Shown: in pieces, positions 41,301 through 50,400 of the stretch
Position numbering within the stretch: position 1 is the stretch's first letter
Layout: the number at the start of each line of letters is the position of its first letter
Assembly: GCA_051362555.1 (NCBI GenBank)
Contig: CM120642.1
Span: 15,376,001-15,440,000, forward strand
DNA from: Lingula anatina
Taxonomy: Eukaryota; Animalia; Brachiopoda
DNA length: 64,000 nt
Direction: 5' to 3'
Notes under the pieces: model-generated
Told to the model about the DNA's origin: nothing
Databases searched by the model: none
The model's input: only the letters and a program-made list of their open reading frames with translations
Made by a program: the position numbers and the translations under genes

Positions 41301-43991
41301 GTAACTATGGACCTATCTCTGCCAGTTTTGGAGATAAAAGTGAAGAAAAATTTGCAAAGTTCAGTTCATGGTGAAAAGTAGGTCAAAGGTCAATTTCAAG
41401 GTCACAGTAAGATTGCCAGTATATGACTTCCTATTCAACTTCAATAGTAACTATGGACCTATCTCTGCCAGTTTTGGAGATATAAGGGACTAAATGTTAT
41501 AATTTTGGAGTTACCATATGTGCCTTAAATTTCGTACAGAAAAAATTAATTAAAATAAAGAAAATGTCATTTTGGTCAAAATTCTTGAAATAGGAGGTGC
41601 TCTGAAGTTTCAGAAGTTCAAATTTGATGAAATAATGTCATTTTTGAACACAAGTTGTCTGCTTTGCCAAGCCTTATGTTTTATTTTTCCAGAGTTCAAA
41701 ATTTATTATCCATTACCGTACTGCACATTTTGCTTTTACCACCAATATGTACTTTTTGATACAGCGTAACTCGAAAACCGTATGGAATACAAAAACACCG
41801 AGACCACCTCCAGTGTTGGGCTTTACATGCTCTACAAAATGCAAAAAAGAATGGGTCTCTAGCATTAACGGTTCCCGAATTAGAGACAGTTTTCAGTTTC
41901 GGTATCTTATGGCCGCTACTCCCGTGAAAATGCACCGATTGACCCCAAATTCATGGAGATGAAAGATGACCTGAAGGGTAACACTTTCCAATAATATCAT
42001 TGGTTAAGTCTGTGTAGTGTCTGAATAACGGGGCAAAAAAAAATTTTTTCGTAAAAAAATTCATTTTTTTGAAAATTTTGGCCCATCTGACCTTGAAGTA
42101 AAGGTCAAAGGTCAAATCCAAGGGTATATTTGAAATCTACACATATGACTTTTGGAAAGCCGTCTATAGAAATTTTTCCCATAACTCCTTCTGTAGGGTA
42201 GATAATTAGCATTTAATTTTGCCATTTTTAGACAAGGGTGCATTGTAATGAGTGCCACACCCAGACCCCAATACCGACAAAGCCCAAATTTTACGTGGAA
42301 CGAGTTGAGATTATAGGTGACCTAAATCCATGAGATGGGTATGGGGGCCCTTACCGTCTAGGAGGAGAAGCGGTAACGGTAGCCCTCCGGCGGAACGATC
42401 CGGACGGGACCGAAACCATGTGTACCGCCAGCGCTAACGCTGGTGGTACAATTACTAGTATAATACATTATCAATACAATACATTATCAATACTGATGTA
42501 AAGATACAGTGCACAGGTGTTCATAAGCTATCATTGTTGTTACATATACAATTTATCAGAAATGTTAACGTATGTTAAAAATTGTATTACTCAGCACATG
42601 AGTCTTATAGTATACAGTATTACATACTATACTAATAGGCAACAGCTTTATGCACACAGAAAGCTCACAGAACTCTGTTGAAATGAATGCAATGGGTATT
42701 TATCATCATTCATTATAGAAGAATCTCACAGCATGAATTGCAGTAGTTAATGTGAAACTTGCAAGTTATTATACTAATAATTATTCCATGGGAAAGTTTC
42801 ATACCTGTCTACTGTCATCCAAGCTATTACGACTTTTACACTCTAAAAATTATCGCCTCCCTTAAGGGATTCTCATTATAATATATCTTACATGTACAGG
42901 TTACCTTAAGTGTTTGTGAACATTTGCCATATTTTTTCAAGTGAGGTTAAATTAAAATCAGAAGTGGGAGAATTTATTTTCAAAACAGGTACCAAGATAA
43001 AAAATTAGTTTGCTACGTACCAAATTTAGTCATTGTTAGCCAGCACTTTACATAACTAAACACTGTAGTATGTTTAGATACAGATCTGCTTGTTCACCTA
43101 GCTTTCCCTTTATGTATTCTCATGCAGGTTAAGCTGTAAAGTATATATAATGTCTTTTTGTGTCTACACTTACAGATATTTATTTGAATTATTGATACCA
43201 TCACATTCGGAATGATTGTACCTTTGCAGTGAAGATCAATGTACGCATTTACCAGATTTACTAGTACTGTACTGTATAATATAGCTTTTTACATCTCAAA
43301 TGTCAAGGTCCACATAAGAGCTCATGAACGAATGTTAAAAAAGCCAAAGCTGAGAAAACATGTCTTACATCATATATGATATATGAAAATGACCGATGCA
43401 GGTGTGTCTACAGAAATAGCTAGCATTCAGTTGTCTAAATTCAAACTAAACCCTAATGGAAGGGATAGCTAAGTGGTCAGTCAAGAATGTCTACAGTGGG
43501 GCATATCTGTTTAAAGTTAAATGACCGCCAGCTGCGATTTCCAGTCCAGCTCATGCAATAGTGATTATCCTACACATTAAGGAATCCCATCACTGGAGCC
43601 TGCTTTTAAGTCAACCCCCCCCCCCCACACACACACACACACACACATGCACACACACACACACACACACACATTCATGGACACGCACACACAAATACAC
43701 ACATCAAAAGTGTATATATTTCATGTTACTCTTTCCAAAACATTGCACGCACTCGTCGTTTGTTTTAGTTTTCGTCTTAACATGCTCGGAACTGACTGCA
43801 GGCCGAAAGCTGGAGAAAATTGAAATACATGCGATGAAATGTCAGTGCACATATGAAACAATAATGATTAAATAAACCACCGAAAAATACCGAAAGTGAT
43901 ATGGGACAAAGTGAAATTCTATATAATTCCACGTACTTTGAACACTGCCTTCGTTCCACTGTAAATTCTGGTAGCCTCTAGTGTGTGCCAT
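3488..43991 (-). CDS. ATP8A: P4-type ATPase phospholipid (phosphatidylserine) flippase, ATP8A1/ATP8A2 family, 38 coding exons, ~1162 aa
   Basis: Hand-spliced GT-AG exons (5'->3'): 43937-43991 (first exon, see alternatives), 24154-24289, 23760-23859, 23395-23493, 22906-22951, 22087-22201, 21360-21429, 20240-20367, 19977-20047, 19583-19683, 19191-19299, 18722-18849, 18283-18360, 17971-18059, 17567-17633, 17168-17282, 16640-16722, 15936-15985, 15597-15666, 15222-15306, 14938-15077, 14648-14695, 14227-14317, 13595-13659, 13010-13182, 12691-12796, 12416-12493, 11877-11987, 11484-11558, 11018-11140, 10503-10643, 9890-9946, 9422-9529, 8823-8911, 8093-8194, 6347-6435, 5539-5582, 3488-3541. Sum 3489 nt, open frame. 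Motifs: [40 protein letters not shown]-terminal GYAFSQ. Confidence 0.95.
4401..4443. repeat. (AAAT)n microsatellite preceded by a C run
   Basis: Direct reading. Confidence 0.9.
6138..6199. repeat. (TA)n microsatellite
   Basis: Direct reading. Confidence 0.95.
9200..9256. repeat. (AAAT)n microsatellite
   Basis: Direct reading. Confidence 0.9.
9976..10182. mobile_element. Degenerate MITE-like foldback element
   Basis: Inverted arms GAAAATTGGTCAAAATTGTCAGACCAAAATT / AATTTTGGTCTAATAATTTAGGCCAATTTTC. Confidence 0.45.
12085..12410. repeat. Degenerate ~80-86-bp intronic tandem repeat, 4 copies
   Basis: TTTGAAATGAC(C/T) heads at ~12087, 12173, 12259 and 12338 with similar following sequence. Confidence 0.8.
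20642..20855. mobile_element. MITE, Harbinger-like
   Basis: TIR GGGGCTATTCACAAT / ATTGTGAATGGTCCCC; termini resemble those of the 21634 element. Confidence 0.55.
21634..21838. mobile_element. MITE, PIF/Harbinger (Tourist)-like
   Basis: Long imperfect TIR (CACAACCAAGTTGATCT / AGATCAACTTGGTTGTG core), flanked by TAA/TTA. Confidence 0.7.
21842..22056. mobile_element. MITE abutting the previous one
   Basis: TIR GACCCCATTCCCACAGATTTTAGATCAATCTATCT / AGATGGATTGATCTAAATCTATGGGAATGCAGTC plus inner inverted arms. Confidence 0.65.
25962..26073 (-). CDS. ATP8A: Candidate alternative first coding exon of ATP8A ([37 protein letters not shown]), phase 1
   Basis: AACATG start, 112 nt, GC-richer than flanks, donor AAG|GTACAT, correct phase. 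Confidence 0.45.
28607..28842. mobile_element. Possible hAT-like MITE with internal poly(A)
   Basis: TTTTCCCAG / CTGGGAAAA inverted ends around a ~50-nt A run. Confidence 0.35.
29243..29325. repeat. (TA)n microsatellite
   Basis: Direct reading. Confidence 0.95.
32608..32716 (-). CDS. ATP8A: Candidate alternative first coding exon of ATP8A ([36 protein letters not shown]), phase 1
   Basis: GTAATGG start, 109 nt open acidic frame, donor AAG|GTAATG, correct phase. Confidence 0.55.
35400..35715. repeat. 158-bp direct duplication (2 copies)
   Basis: CAAGAA(A/G)TGGACTGCTGCTGAGCTGATATCTGCC... at 35401 and 35559. Confidence 0.9.
35854..35893 (-). CDS. ATP8A: Candidate alternative first coding exon of ATP8A ([13 protein letters not shown]), phase 1
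   Basis: ATAATGG start, 40 nt, strong donor GAG|GTAAGT, correct phase; TGACGTCA (CRE) at 36124-36131 upstream. Confidence 0.6.
37960..42452 (-). mobile_element. Non-autonomous Helentron-associated element (HINE/DINE-1/pearl-like) with internal satellite
   Basis: 14-bp subterminal inverted repeat ATTGTACCACCAGC (37996-38009) / GCTGGTGGTACAAT (42439-42452). Stem-loop TGTACCGCCAGCG-CTAA-CGCTGGTGGTACA at 42421-42450. Short palindrome GAGGCG-ATAC-CGCCTC at 37975-37990. GGAC-like microsatellite remnant ~42390-42412; central tandem array. Confidence 0.8.
38165..41489. repeat. 146-bp tandem satellite array, ~23 monomers
   Basis: GTAGGTCAAAGGTCAAT recurs every 146 bp (38311, 38457, 38603 ... 41378; one +1 indel near 40015); a degenerate monomer remnant sits at ~42100-42152. 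Confidence 0.97.
43626..43672. repeat. (CA)n microsatellite preceded by a C run
   Basis: Direct reading. Confidence 0.9.
43937..43991 (-). CDS. ATP8A: ATP8A distal first coding exon ([18 protein letters not shown]), phase-1 donor
   Basis: AAGATGG start context, 55 nt, donor CAAA|GTACGT; phase 1 matches common exon 24154-24289; lies beside the CpG-richer divergent promoter. Confidence 0.7.
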
Positions 43992-44440
43992 CTTCTAATT
44001 AAATAAATATCTTGTGACTATTCTATCAGCACATATCGTCAACTTTCGATCCTATGTAGGTCAAGGCTAGACCTCATTGTCGTTTTAAATACTTCCGGCA
44101 TCACGATCTCAAAACTTTGTCGTGCTCAGACGTTCTGCGAAATCTGCTGCAGCGCCTCCTGAAAAAAATATGAATACAACATTAAGAATACAAATAATAG
44201 AATTTATTGAAATTCATCTCAGAAAAAAAAAACATGGTAGCACTGACATGAAAAAATTGAAAATTCATAATAAATGCCTCATAACTCTCTGCATAACAGT
44301 TGCAGTTAGCGCTTAGTGCACATGCGCAAAACAGTCGAGTCATGGAACATTCGATTCACGTCACGTTTGTAACTAGAAAACGTGGGTAAACGAAAAATGT
44401 GACTACAGGTTTCTTACTGTTTTCAGATGACATTCTGATC
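43987..44440. promoter_or_regulatory. Bidirectional (head-to-head) promoter region between ATP8A and EXOSC9
   Basis: Start codons ~450 bp apart; local CpG enrichment. Motifs: NRF1-like TGCACATGCGCA 44317-44328, ETS ACTTCCGG 44091-44098, CRE-like TCACGTCA 44356-44363, YY1-like GCCATCTT 43987-43994. Confidence 0.7.
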
Positions 44441-47400
44441 ATGAGGGAAGTACCGTTGACAATATGTGAACGGGAGTTCATATTAAAAGCCATTGCCGAA
44501 AGGAGGGTAAGATTTCTAGGCTGATCCACGCTGTAGCACAACTTCTGTATTTTGTTTTTATTGGCAGAATATGCATGCAGTTTCCAACTATTTTGAAATA
44601 ATTAGTATTTAATTTTAACCCTAGGCCTGTGCCGGTCTCCCAATGTTTCAGTGGATTAACTTACTCTTTTTTGTGCTTAATTCTGTTGAGTCTATTAACG
44701 ACACTTTCTTGAAAGGACAACCTAGCTGTGATGCAATTATATTGAGGAACAACAGTGAACTTGCCATTTAACTATAGCTTATTTGACATAATATTTATAC
44801 ATATACTATAAAAAAAGTAGCAAATTGTGAATAAGCTAATTGAATTAATGAGTTTAATCAGAACTAAATTATTAAAGGTCATTGTAAAACAATGTTGATT
44901 TTCCTTGTGTTTCAGAGGCTAGATGGCAGAGAAGCATATGATTACAGAAAGCTGAAGATAACATTTGGTATTGACAGAGGATGCTGCAGTGTAGAGCTTG
45001 GGCTTACAAGGTAAAGAGCTGTTCTTTGAAAAAGAATACACAGTGCTTATGATTTATACTAGAACCAATTGATGTCACTCAAGCGCAATTAAAATGTCTT
45101 AATTTCAAATTTATTTTGCCTGTCAAAATAATGTTTGTATTATGATAAGCACAGCTGATGATATGATGAATAAAATGATTGAATTATACATCAATTAACA
45201 ATATACATATTATTTAATACTGTGATAATTGCTGATGCCTTAGGAGACATATCAGGTCATATAGCTGGGTCTCATGCAAGCAGAGCCCTCATTTGGATCT
45301 AATGCTATATTCCATTATGTATTATACTGTGATATGTTTTCTAGAGTGCTTGCACAAGTGTCCTGTGAGATCACAGAGCCCAAGCAGACACGGCCCACAG
45401 AGGGACTTCTCAATGTCAACTTGGAGTTGTCGCCTATGGCGGCTCCTCATTTTGAAGCAGGAAGGTAAAGGTCATACCTGAAGATTCAAGTTGATTATTA
45501 GCTCAGTGTTTTAAGACAGATTGTTTTTAATTTTGATTTTCTTTGTTAACAGCCTTGAACATGTGTAACCTTGATAGAATTGGCTTTGTGATTTTTATAT
45601 GTACATGACTTTTATTAACGTAAGTCACCATTGAGTAAAAATGTACATATCTGGTTTAATTTCCCTTTCTGTTTGTAAAAGGGTTTGGTAAATATCTGCA
45701 TAATATAGCAACTTCAATATAAAAGACAAGGGAAATAACAATGTCTGACCTTATTGCAGTCTTTAAGAAGTATATTTACCAATTTGCAGGTTATCAGAAT
45801 ATGGCGTAGAACTGAACAGACTGTTAGAGAGATGCATCAAAGATTCTCGATGTATTGATACAGAATCATTGTGTATCATAGCAGGGGAGAAGGTTAGAAT
45901 TTTTATTCTTTTATTTTAAGATCAATTATTTTAAGTTTCAGTTTGCTTGATACTTGATAGTTATGTTTACTTATCTGATCACTGTCTGTCATTGTCTCCA
46001 GGTTAAAACAATTTTTTAAAAAATTGTAACTAATGATTAATTTGTAAAAATCCAAAATGTTTTTGAAAAAAGTAATGACAAAATTTTAGTACTGTGACAA
46101 CTTTCTTTGCTCTAGGTGTTTTCAGTCCGTGTAGATGTTCATGTGTTGAATGAAGAAGGGAATATTATGGATTGTGCTAGTATAGCAGCAATGGCAGCAC
46201 TTGCACATTTCAGGTGAGGATGGGGGTTATAGGAGAGCATTTCTTAAACTGGATGATTAAGTAACTGATGCTTAGAAAGTGCTCTTTACATGGGTAATGT
46301 AGTGCTGTTATTCAAAATTCAAAATTAAAACCCAGAAACCACTTTTACAATTTATTATAACATGCAAAATTCTTATCTTTTACTTAATACCTTTCAGTAC
46401 AAAACAACTTCATTTTTAACTCATTGAAGGTTTCATTGTAAACTTGATAGTATTTTTTCTCAGTTTAAATGAATTTGTTTCTACATATTGCAGACGTCCT
46501 GATGTGACTGTCGATGGCGAAGAGGTCACAATAGTAAGTGTTAACCTAAAATCTGAAAGATGGAAAAATAAACACTTCTGAATAATATCCTTAAGAAGTT
46601 ACCATACATCTTCAGAATCTGAAATATTTATGAATTAAATAAGTAGACACATAATTTTAAAAGAAGAAAAATGCATTTTGGAAAATATCATTTTGATCTT
46701 GCATCTACTTCCAGCATAAAGCAGAGGAGCGGGAACCCATTCCTCTCAGTTTACACCATATGCCTATATGTGTCACGTTTGCCTTCTATGAACAGGGGTG
46801 AGTGAACAAAACAATTTGTACTTATTAACTAGCTAAAAGATGAAATACCGAAAAGATGAGGTGTATTGTGGTCAGTGAGGATTGTTTTATTTTGGTATCT
46901 TATTACATCTTAAGTACAGATGGGGACAATTTTTCAGTAATTGGTCATGTGATATCATGATAGTTGCAAGAACAACTTCCCATCAATATTAATATTACCC
47001 ATTAATATTGATGGGAAGTTGTTCTTGCAACTTTTGGTCCCACAAAAGGCATATTGATCTTGGGGTCTAAAAGCAATTTTAAGGTGCCCATAAATAAAGT
47101 TCCATGGCTTACTTCCATACACTGCACCTTTCACACTGCATCTCATCAATTGCCATGTTTGATATATTCATTTGTTCAGGAAATATTTATTGGTTGACCC
47201 TACTGAGAAGGAGGAGAAGGTGATGGACGGAAAGATGGTCATTGCAATGAACAAACACAGAGAAATATGCACCCTTCAGATGACTGGAAATATGTTGTTG
47301 CTTAAAGACCAAGTAAGTAAATGTGAATCACCAACACATTTAGCTGGCAGGAAATATGTTGTCACTTAAAGACCAAGTGAATGAGTTAATGAGTGAGTGA

Positions 47401-50400
47401 TGGATGGACAGACAGATGGATGGACAGTCTGGCTTACTGTCTGTCTGTCTCTTTCTTTTTTTATATATTTTGTAGTATTCTTTTTGAATGAATCAAATTT
47501 CCTAAAGTCAAAATGAGTCAACATTATTGTCACTGCAGTAGTGTATTTTTCTTCTGGAGCACTTCCTTCATCACTTAGAAGTTGTGTGTTATTTTCATAT
47601 TGTCTGTTTATTTCACGTCAGGTCTTAAGGTGCTCCAACATTGCTGTTGTGAAGGTGATAGAAATCACAGAACTCATCCACAAAGCTCTGGAAAATGACT
47701 CTAAAGCAAGGTTAGTTCATTCATGGAGACCCCTATTGTTCTATGCTGTTACACTTGAATAATTTAGTTGCATTCAGTTTGTCCTTTAGTTTGATAAAAA
47801 TACTCCATGTTTTGTGTAACATTTCTCAGTCTTACCACTACTGCTATAGGTCAAGCATGGTTTACAAGTTAACCTGGTTATGTGTTTGCACTCAAAGTAA
47901 TGCACAATTAATCATGACCACTATAACTGTAGATGAAGCACTAAGGCCACTGTACTTGATGAACTTCTTGTTGGTTTGCACAGCTGAAATAGTATCTGAA
48001 GCTGTCATAATTCTGTTGAACTTTCCTCATATAACAGCAAAACCATTTGATAAGTTAACCTTTGGTGCAGATGGGGAGAATTTTTTCAGTAATCAGTCAA
48101 TACATACGAATCATGATTTTGGTGTCATATCTGAATACTGAGGTATATATCAGTCATTCTTTGCTAGTGGTGCACTGCAGGGGGGCCATAACAAGAATGT
48201 AATTTAAATTTAGATAGCCAACCAAATTCTCATGACATCGTTGTGTATGTTTCAATAACAAATCAAAGAAGCTGCATGAGCAAGGAGGATGCTGTTATAA
48301 AAGCAAAATAAGAGAAAAAGCAGAAAATATATCGAAATTACCCTCAAAATGGCGTCCTTTTTTGTGGAATTTCGACCCTACCTCTATTTAGGAACAGTTT
48401 GTTTAGGGTTTGAATGAATTATTGAAGCAGGGAATACACCTACTGCAAGAAGATATAATAAACAGAATGTGCAAATGGTTATTTAAATAAAAATTTATTT
48501 GAAGTGACTGAAAAATGATCACAAAATTAGCTTAACTTACGATACATGCGGTGTCCCACCCCGATGAAAATTTCATCTAATCCTATCTTTCCGTACTAAA
48601 ACTGTTCAATCGTCCAAAGTAGTATGTCGGTTAGTTTGTGTCACGAAATCCATGATAATATCAGTTTTCTTAAGAATTTCACATTTATTGCTCAGCAAGG
48701 TCGATTTTTCTTCACCGCGTCCCAATATAACGTTCGCAACGCTGAAACTTCAGAGATCGATTCTTATCAGACGACTTTAAAATGCCGCGTGAAAATTATA
48801 CATCGATAGCGATCTTCTTCCATACTCACTAACTGATGACGTCTTACACACGAATGGCTTCTTTTGCACACTAAAAAAACCAGTTCAAACTGGCGGGTGG
48901 CCCATTCTGATAACATGTCACGCAATGACGCTGTCGAGATAGGATGCAGGGCACAGGTGTAATTCCCTCGATTTAACCGTCACAGGATTGTTTATTGGGA
49001 TCTTCTTTGTATGGAGGTGAGAAATAATGAGTTTCGTTTCATTTTTCTTCAATTGTTTCAACATATTTGTGTACCGATTGATTTTTACCATTCTATAAGT
49101 AGGGTGACTTCGTCTGAACTTTCGCTTTGCGTCTGTGTCACATGGGGGACTTAAGGTCACATTGAACATGGTGACGCGGTGATACCGTATTCATGTTCTC
49201 TTGTTCTCGAAAACTCAATCATCGAAATTGAATTACTTTTTATGTACAGACACAGAAGTGTCTGTACATATTGCCATCACCTGCGTCTGTCGTCGCCGAT
49301 GCCGTCGCCGATGCCGATGCCGGCGCCGTGCACTTTCCTTGTTAACACGATAAGTGGAGGGCAGTTTTACTTTTTGGCTTTATATTTACAGAGCTGATGA
49401 ATATTCATAAAACACAGGTCAAGTTCGAAAATCAGCATGATCGGGCCATTATTGTAGAAGTTATGCTGTTTTTTCACTTTTCAGCATATATGCAACCCTG
49501 TTAACACATTTTAAGGAAAACCGATAGGCCTGTTGTCATTAAACTCACAGGAGTAATCAATCTTACTAAAACGCAGGTCAAGTTCGAAAATCGGCATGAT
49601 CGGGCCACTATTTTAGTATTTATGCTGTTTTTTCACTTTTTAGCATATATGCAACATTGTTAACACATTTCAAGGAAAACCGATAGGCCTGTTGTCATGA
49701 AACTCACATTAGTAATCAATCTTACTAAAACGCAGGTCAAGTTCAAAAATCAGCATAATGGGGCCATTATTTTATAAGTTATGCTGTTTTTTCACATTTC
49801 CTCAGATTCAATTCTTAGGCATGTTAACAGTCTCATTATTTAACTAATAAGATATGTAAATGTGTTTGTTTGACATTTCCTGCAACTTTACAACATTGTT
49901 AGTTGATTATGTAAAAATGATGGTAAACTTGTTATCATGTATTGTATAATAGAGTTTCAAAAATGGAAAAAAACTCATATCATTGCAGTTTGTCAGATTA
50001 ATTCATTCACTATGTTCAGAAACTCGGAATGGAGGAAATTGGACATTAAACACTGTTCTATTGATATTTTTCCCATGTCATCAATTTTCTTAGTTGATCA
50101 TATAAAAATGGCAGTAAACTGTTAATTTTGTTATATGTTAAACAATTGTTAAAAATGGAAAAAAACACATTTCAGGACAGTGCTGTCTTGTTTACATTTT
50201 GGCATTTTCAAGGTGTGACTTTGAAGTTCCATGGGCCTGAAGACCTTTGCTTGTCACATTTTCTGAATATCCATGATACTAATATTTTATTATTAAAAAT
50301 TGATGGTCATTATGCTGTTAAACATTATGTAATATTGCATCAAAATTTGAAGAAACCCCTATTTTGGACACTGCTCCCATGATGACCATTTAAGGAAAAC

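Noticed and set aside
38165-41489. Regularly spaced repeats resembling a CRISPR array
   Set aside because: No unique spacers, contiguous 146-bp monomers, eukaryotic context, no cas genes.
42805-42842. 38-nt AG/GT-flanked candidate exon in the first ATP8A intron
   Set aside because: Changes phase 1 to 0 and I found no compensating exon.
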